A stretch of DNA of 64,000 bases from an uncultured Candidatus Saccharibacteria bacterium. GTDB lineage: Bacteria; Patescibacteriota; Dojkabacteria; SC72. The translations under genes and the position numbers were made by a program. The notes beneath the pieces were generated by a model. That model was given only the letters and a program-made list of their open reading frames with translations, was not told where the DNA came from and did no database searches. The stretch spans positions 15,338 to 79,337 of the forward strand of contig CAZZPP010000004.1 in NCBI GenBank assembly GCA_964655705.1, in the 5' to 3' direction. This document shows positions 58,901 through 64,000 of the stretch, one piece after another. Each line of letters begins with the position of its first letter. The first letter of the stretch is position 1.

Positions 58901-59842
58901 ATGCAGACTTTCCATAAGGGTGGTGTACAAACAACTGATATTACACAGGGTTTACCTAGAATAGAGGAACTCTTTGAGGCAAGATCTCCAAAGGCCGAAG
59001 CAGATATCTCTACCATTAAAGGTAAAGTACATATAGAGAGAGCTGAAGATGATTCTGCTACAATTTTAATTGTAGGGGAGAAAGAGATTGTTAAGGATGT
59101 TGTTGTCTCTGATGCAAAGAATGTTCTGATTACGGACGGAGCACAGGTAAAGGCTGGTCAAGTGATATACATAGATTCTGAGGAAATGGAAAAACAATCT
59201 CCTTTTGATGGTATTGCTAAAATTGAAGGAGGAGTATTAACACTTTCTGGTTCTGTTAAAGCAGAAGAAAGTGTCTCTGTACTCCCTAATGTAGAAATAC
59301 TGGTTAATGAGGGAGATGAGATTGTAGCTGGTACACAATTAGTTGCAGGGGCAGTTGATCCTAAACAGTTAGCTGAGGTAGGAGGATTACAGGTAGCTCA
59401 GAAGTATATCCTTGATCAAGTTCAAAAGGTATTTAACGAGCAGGCAGTTCCAATAGATGATCTCCATATTGAGGTAATAATTAGACAGATGGCAAGATTA
59501 GGTAGAGTCCTAGATTCAGGTGATACTGAGTATCTTGTTGGTTCCATGGTAAACAGATTTGTCTCTGAAGTAAGGAATAATATGTTACTTGAAGAAAACA
59601 AGAGGAAGGCATTAATTGTTCCTAAATTGCTTGGTATTAAGGCTTCGGCTTTGTATACTGAGAGTTTCCTTTCAGCCATGTCATTCCAAGAGCAGGTAAG
59701 AGTTTTGACAAATAGTGCAATTCTTGGTAAAACAGACTTCCTAAGAGGAATGAAAGAGAATGTAATAATTGGAAGAAGAATCCCATCAGGGGATGAGGCT
59801 GCTTTAGAAAATATTAATAATCTTGAAGAGATTAAATTTTAA
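55955..59842 (+). CDS. rpoC: DNA-directed RNA polymerase subunit beta'
   Basis: 1295 aa; zinc finger [20 protein letters not shown], catalytic NADFDGD; 8-nt overlap with rpoB. Confidence 0.97.
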   Translation: [1295 protein letters not shown]

Positions 59843-59867
59843 TTGATTTTGTTGTATAATACGAACC

Positions 59868-60284
59868 ATGCCGACTATTAATCAGTTAGTAAGAAAACCT
59901 AGAAAAGCGAAGAGAACTAAAACAAAGCATATTGCTCTCGCTACAAATTTTAACCCTTTGGTAAATAGGTACAAAAAGGCTAATAACCCATTCAAGAGGG
60001 CTGTATGTATTCAAGTTAAAACTATGACACCTAAAAAACCTAACTCAGCACTACGTAAGGTTGCTAGAGTAAGACTTTCTAATGGAATGGAAGTTACTGC
60101 ATATATACCAGGTGAAGGACACAATCTTCAGGAGCACTCAGTAGTTATGGTTAAGGCGGGTAGGAAAAGAGACTTACCAGGTGTTAAGTATATTGTAGTA
60201 AGGGGTAAGTATGATACTGCAGGAGTAAAGGGAAGAAAGAAGGCAAGGTCTAAGTATGGTGCTAAAAGACCAGAGAATCAATAA
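59868..60284 (+). CDS. rpsL: 30S ribosomal protein S12
   Basis: [13 protein letters not shown]... canonical S12. Confidence 0.95.
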   Translation: MPTINQLVRKPRKAKRTKTKHIALATNFNPLVNRYKKANNPFKRAVCIQVKTMTPKKPNSALRKVARVRLSNGMEVTAYIPGEGHNLQEHSVVMVKAGRKRDLPGVKYIVVRGKYDTAGVKGRKKARSKYGAKRPENQ

Positions 60285-60301
60285 TATATTAATAACTAGT
60301 A

Positions 60302-60769
60302 ATGAGAGGTAAGAGATCTAAAAAAAGAATAATTGCTAAAGACAGAAAATATAATGATGAAATTATTGGGAGACTAATTAATAAAGTCATGCAAGGAGGA
60401 AGAAAATCCATTGCCCAAGAGTTAGTGTATAGTGCATTAGAATCTGGTTCTGAAAAAGTAAATACTCCAGTTATTGAATTCATTCATACTGCAATTGACA
60501 ATATAAGGCCAGCACTTGAAATTAAATCAAGAAGGGTTGGAGGTGCAAACTATCAGGTACCAGTACCTGTAGGACCTAGGCGACAAGAGACATTGGCAGT
60601 CAGGTGGTTAGTGGATCTCTCTAGAGCTAAAACAGGTAAATCATTTGATAAGATATTGGAGATTGAGTTAGTAAATGCATTTAATGGAGAGGGTGATGCT
60701 ATTAAAAAGAAGGGTGATGTAGAGAGAATGGCAGAAGCAAATAAAGCATTTGCCCATTTCAGGTGGTAA
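60302..60769 (+). CDS. rpsG: 30S ribosomal protein S7
   Basis: 155 aa canonical S7. Confidence 0.95.
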   Translation: MRGKRSKKRIIAKDRKYNDEIIGRLINKVMQGGRKSIAQELVYSALESGSEKVNTPVIEFIHTAIDNIRPALEIKSRRVGGANYQVPVPVGPRRQETLAVRWLVDLSRAKTGKSFDKILEIELVNAFNGEGDAIKKKGDVERMAEANKAFAHFRW

Positions 60770-60790
60770 ATATCAAATTCTTAGAATTAG

Positions 60791-60819
60791 AAAGGGAGGG
60801 AAACCTCCCTTTTATTTTG
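60791..60819 (+). terminator. Rho-independent terminator after rpsG
   Basis: GGGAGG-GAAA-CCTCCC hairpin followed by TTTTATTTT. Confidence 0.7.
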
Positions 60820-61750
60820 TACTCTCTATTCTCTCCCAACCGAATTTGGGCATATCTTTTTTCATAACAACCCTTTCCCAAAATATCTTCAGCCATGTAA
60901 TTAGACGAATGGGAAATAGAAAGAGAGACCATATGAGCTCTTTAATATTTCTTGCATACTTAAGTACAAAGAGGGCGTATTTTAATTCAATAAAGAGACT
61001 TCTACTCTGTTTGTCTTTTTTAAATATCCCAAACTGTTTTAATTGTACAAAGCCCCCTAGAGATCTTACTTTTTGTTTGTAATAGTCTTTTAGAGTAGTA
61101 GGGAATTTTACATAGCACTTTGCTCTAGGAGCATATGCAATCTGTTTGCCTTCATTCCTTATTGAGTATGAAATATATGCATCGTCAGAGAGAACGTTAC
61201 TAGGTATATCAAAAGTAATCTTTCTGGTAGCCATAATATATCCACTCATTGGGAAAAAAGATTTACTACTTAAATAGTAATTCCCCTCTTTAATACTCAT
61301 GGTATTAATCCTTCTGCTATGGGCTGCATCAGAGAGTAAGTGCCCCCAATATCCCATCATCACTTTCTTCATATCCATAGATACGGGTCTTCCACTAACT
61401 CCTCCGACCTCTTTGTTTCTAAAGGGCTCTAATAGGTATCTTACAGAATTTTTCTCAAAGTAGGTATCTCCATCTGTAAGAATCCATATATCTCCTTTAG
61501 CTTTCTTGAATGCTAACTTCAAGGCAGAGGGTTTCCCCTTCCTTGGATCTTGTATTTGTATATACTCCCTTGAAGATAGCTTTAGATCTTCTGTTGCTTT
61601 TAATCCAGCATCAAGGGTCTCCTTGTCTGGAGAGAGTTGAATTATTTCAAAAGGTTCACTCAACCCAGAGTAGCTTCTGTCAGCTATACACTTAATACAT
61701 TTACCAATTGTATTAGGCTCTTTCCAAGATGTAATAATTATCGATATCAT
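60812..61750 (-). CDS. Family 2 glycosyltransferase
   Basis: 312 aa; GT-A fold motifs incl. LTDGDTY (DxD) near residue 90. Confidence 0.7.
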   Translation of the reverse strand: MISIIITSWKEPNTIGKCIKCIADRSYSGLSEPFEIIQLSPDKETLDAGLKATEDLKLSSREYIQIQDPRKGKPSALKLAFKKAKGDIWILTDGDTYFEKNSVRYLLEPFRNKEVGGVSGRPVSMDMKKVMMGYWGHLLSDAAHSRRINTMSIKEGNYYLSSKSFFPMSGYIMATRKITFDIPSNVLSDDAYISYSIRNEGKQIAYAPRAKCYVKFPTTLKDYYKQKVRSLGGFVQLKQFGIFKKDKQSRSLFIELKYALFVLKYARNIKELIWSLFLFPIRLITWLKIFWERVVMKKDMPKFGWERIESTK

Positions 61751-61789
61751 AATCGATTATATCTTTTAAAAATGGAAATGAGTAGTATA

Positions 61790-62464
61790 TTACTCTTTTT
61801 TACCCTCTGTAGGAACTTCTTCCGTACCTTCTTCGCCTTGTTCAGGAATTTCGCCCTCTTCTCCCTCTTCCACTTCTCCCTCTACTGGAGTTACAATGAC
61901 CTCTTCAACCTTTTGAATCTCAGTAATGGTCACAATAGTTGCTTTAGCTTGTTCATCATTAATCAAAGACATTCCATTTGGGAGTTGGATATCATCTACA
62001 TTAATAGTTTGACCAACACTATCTAGTTTAGAGATATCAATATCAATGGATGGTTTAAGATCAGATAGCTTACATCTAATATCAACACCATCTAATACAT
62101 TAACTAATACCCCGAGATTATTCTTAACTGCAGGAGATATACCAACAATGTTGAAAGGAACTGTAAATACCATTGGTGCACTCTCATCTATTCTAAAAAG
62201 TGAAACATGATTAATCTCATCTGTAACAGGATTAATACTCAATTCTTTAACTAGGGTCTTGAAGGAATCTTTCTCTAACTGAGTCTCTAAAATTGTTGTA
62301 GAGGTTGTATTCCTACTTAACCAGTCTGCATCAGAGTTACTCATGGAGACATTAATAGACTCTCCCTTTGAGTTATACACTACAGTTGGAGTTAATCCAT
62401 CTTTTCTTAAGTGTCTTACCTTTTTACCTAGTATCTCTCTTTTTTCTAATTGAAGTTTTTCCAT
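61790..62464 (-). CDS. rplY: 50S ribosomal protein L25 / general stress protein Ctc, with acidic C-terminal tail
   Basis: MEKLQLEKREILGKKVRHLRKDGLTPTVVY N-terminus; C-terminal EGEVEEGEEGEIPEQGEEGTEE tail; ATG at 62464 (ORF-track start 62503 is TTG inside the promoter). Confidence 0.75.
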   Translation of the reverse strand: MEKLQLEKREILGKKVRHLRKDGLTPTVVYNSKGESINVSMSNSDADWLSRNTTSTTILETQLEKDSFKTLVKELSINPVTDEINHVSLFRIDESAPMVFTVPFNIVGISPAVKNNLGVLVNVLDGVDIRCKLSDLKPSIDIDISKLDSVGQTINVDDIQLPNGMSLINDEQAKATIVTITEIQKVEEVIVTPVEGEVEEGEEGEIPEQGEEGTEEVPTEGKKE

Positions 62465-62474
62465 AACGAGTGAG

Positions 62475-62503
62475 AGTATAGCAGAGAAGAGAGTAATTTG
62501 CAA
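62475..62503 (-). promoter_or_regulatory. rplY promoter TTGCAA-17-TATACT, about 10 nt from start codon
   Basis: Read on reverse strand: TTGCAA ATTACTCTCTTCTCTGC TATACT CTCACTCGTT ATG. Confidence 0.4.
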
Positions 62504-62520
62504 TTACTGTTTACTACCTC

Positions 62521-62577
62521 TTGACGAATTAGAAATTAACCAATATACTCTTAGCAGGTAAGATATTAGAGTGCTAA
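62521..62577 (+). promoter_or_regulatory. hrcA promoter (TTGACG-17-TATACT) followed by CIRCE operator TTAGCAGGT-N9-GAGTGCTAA abutting the hrcA ATG
   Basis: -35 at 62521-62526, -10 at 62544-62549, CIRCE 62551-62577 (right arm perfect consensus, left arm 3 mismatches, 9-nt spacer). Confidence 0.6.
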
Positions 62578-62578
62578 A

Positions 62579-63307
62579 ATGCAAAGTATTACAGAAAGAC
62601 AGAAAGAGATTTTAATGGCGATAATAAGGGAATTCATGGAGAGTGCTGATGAAGTCGGGTCCTTGGCTCTTTTAGAAAAGTATGATTTAGGAGTAAGTTC
62701 TGCAACCATTAGGAATGAGATGGCTCACCTCATGGAATTAGGACTCCTAGAAAAGAGTCATATTTCATCTGGGAGATTCCCTACCGATCAGGCTCTAAGA
62801 ATGTATGTAAGCAATGTATTAGGTAGTAGTTCCCTTAATCCAATGATTACTGTTGAAATTAGGCAGGGAATATTTAGGGACAGGTTTTCTAAGGAGACAG
62901 TGATTGACTCAATTCTCAAAATTGTATCTGATGAAACTGAGTCTGTTGCATTTCTCCTCATAGATGGTATCTCAAGATATTGGGGGGTATCTCAGCTTTT
63001 TAAATATGAAGAATTAAGGAATTGGGAAAAACTTCAGAGAATTGTAAACATTCTGGAAGATGGGAACTTTTTAAATAATATGATGAAGAAATATAGTGGT
63101 TCCGGGGTATCCTTAATTATTGGTGGAGAGTCTGGGATTAAGGGCCTTGGTGAGTGTGCTATTGCGTTTACTCGATTACCATTCTGGAATACGAGTGATG
63201 CCCATATTGGTGTAATTGGTTCTAAGAGAATGGATTATGCCAAGAGTGTGCCAGCACTTCGTGAAGTACAAAACTCAATGCACAGTGCAATGAGGGGTTG
63301 GAATTAA
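62579..63307 (+). CDS. hrcA: Heat-inducible transcription repressor HrcA (short form)
   Basis: N-terminal wHTH MQSITERQKEILMAIIREF...GVSSATIRNEMAHLMELGLLEKSHISSGRFPT typical of HrcA. Confidence 0.75.
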   Translation: MQSITERQKEILMAIIREFMESADEVGSLALLEKYDLGVSSATIRNEMAHLMELGLLEKSHISSGRFPTDQALRMYVSNVLGSSSLNPMITVEIRQGIFRDRFSKETVIDSILKIVSDETESVAFLLIDGISRYWGVSQLFKYEELRNWEKLQRIVNILEDGNFLNNMMKKYSGSGVSLIIGGESGIKGLGECAIAFTRLPFWNTSDAHIGVIGSKRMDYAKSVPALREVQNSMHSAMRGWN

Positions 63308-63879
63308 AATATATATCAAGAAGTATGATACAAACTAAAGACACAAATAGTGTTACAAAAAAGAATATGCAAAAGAAGAGTAGACAGGATGAATTAGAGA
63401 GTAAAATTCAACAGTTAGCTCTTACAATAGATAAGGTGGAGGATGAAAAACTCGTAATAATGAATCAGTTAAAAAAGGCTTTGTCTGACTATCATAATCT
63501 TGAGAGTAATTCAAACAAGAGAGTAAGCCTCTTGTATATGCAATCAAGGAAGGGGTTGGCTGAGAAGTTAATTCCGATTGTAGATGATTTAACAATGGCT
63601 ATTAAGAGTAAGGAGGAAATTTCTTTCGATGAAAAAACATTAGCTTGGTCTAATGGTGTAATGGGGATACTAAATAACTTGGAAAAGAGTTTAGAGGAGA
63701 TAGGGTTGAAAAAATTTGTACCTCAGAAGAGTACAAAATTTGATCCATCAATACATGAAGCATTAAGTGTAATAGAGGGAGAGATACCAGGGGTAATATT
63801 TGATGTAATACAGCCTGGATATGTGTTAGATAATAATGTAATACGACCATCAAGAGTGGTTGTTACTAAGAGTAAATAA
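63298..63879 (+). CDS. grpE: Nucleotide exchange factor GrpE
   Basis: Coiled N-terminal region then LIPIVDDLTMAI and C-terminal FDPSIHEAL...IQPGYVLDNNVIRPSRVVV (GrpE beta-domain signature). Confidence 0.8.
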   Translation: MELKYISRSMIQTKDTNSVTKKNMQKKSRQDELESKIQQLALTIDKVEDEKLVIMNQLKKALSDYHNLESNSNKRVSLLYMQSRKGLAEKLIPIVDDLTMAIKSKEEISFDEKTLAWSNGVMGILNNLEKSLEEIGLKKFVPQKSTKFDPSIHEALSVIEGEIPGVIFDVIQPGYVLDNNVIRPSRVVVTKSK

Positions 63880-63900
63880 TTAAATTTTTAAAATACATAA

Positions 63901-64000
63901 AATGAGTAAAATAATTGGAATAGACTTAGGTACTACTAACAGTGCTATGGCATATATGTCTGGTGGTAAACCCAACATTATTGCAAATGCACAGGGAGGA
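63901..64000 (+). CDS. dnaK: Chaperone DnaK (Hsp70), N-terminal fragment continuing beyond window end
   Basis: [32 protein letters not shown]. Confidence 0.9.

Noticed and set aside
1-64000. Alternative genetic code (UGA recoding) as seen in some candidate phyla
   Set aside because: Long conserved genes (rpoB, rpoC, dnaA, ftsK) read through with standard stops and no in-frame TGA problems
1-64000. CRISPR arrays, IS elements/transposases, integrases, rRNA genes
   Set aside because: No regularly spaced direct repeats, no transposase/integrase-like ORFs and no rRNA-like conserved stretches were seen on either strand

Overview
This is a 64 kb AT-rich bacterial chromosomal segment, roughly one-third GC by eye (not computed), with dense, largely overlapping genes and a standard genetic code (long intact rpoB/rpoC ORFs with ordinary stops). 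It spans the replication-origin neighbourhood: dnaN-dnaA runs divergent from rpmH-rnpA-yidD-yidC-jag, with consensus DnaA boxes in the flanking intergenic regions. It also carries a complete, translationally coupled type IV pilus / competence-pilus operon (pilA-like pilin, pilB, pilC, four prepilin-type minor pilins including a 652-aa giant pilin-like protein, pilD), with pilN/pilO-like genes and a second pilin paralog elsewhere. Housekeeping content includes rpoB-rpoC-rpsL-rpsG, where the str operon stops at a clean terminator after rpsG with no fusA, plus rpoD, dnaG, ftsK, a rodZ-like gene, ksgA, RNase J, metG, a valS-like gene, a glutamine synthetase-family gene, nfo, a UvrD/PcrA fragment, rplY, and hrcA-grpE-dnaK preceded by a CIRCE operator. 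RNA genes I can support are tRNA-Ser(GCT), tRNA-Ser(CGA), tRNA-Ser(GGA), tRNA-Arg(TCT) and a tmRNA (ssrA). A RelE/ParE-RHH toxin-antitoxin pair lies beside ssrA, next to an HExxH-motif protein with an overlapping 56-aa ORF. Shine-Dalgarno sequences are essentially absent in front of even the core genes, and several -35/-10 promoters sit within a few nt of the start codon. Together with the small-genome style organisation this suggests a reduced-genome lineage, possibly Patescibacteria/CPR-like; that is an inference only. Candidate accessory or novel regions are: the ssrA-adjacent HExxH+small-ORF+TA block, an envelope locus (SDR-TM-giant ectodomain fusion + PEGA + MraY/WecA-like), an actin-like ATPase coupled to a 632-aa bitopic protein, and a cluster of small secreted/Cys-rich proteins upstream of the pilus operon. 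No CRISPR array, transposase or rRNA gene was seen. Coordinates of RNA genes and motifs were indexed by hand and may be off by 1-2 nt.
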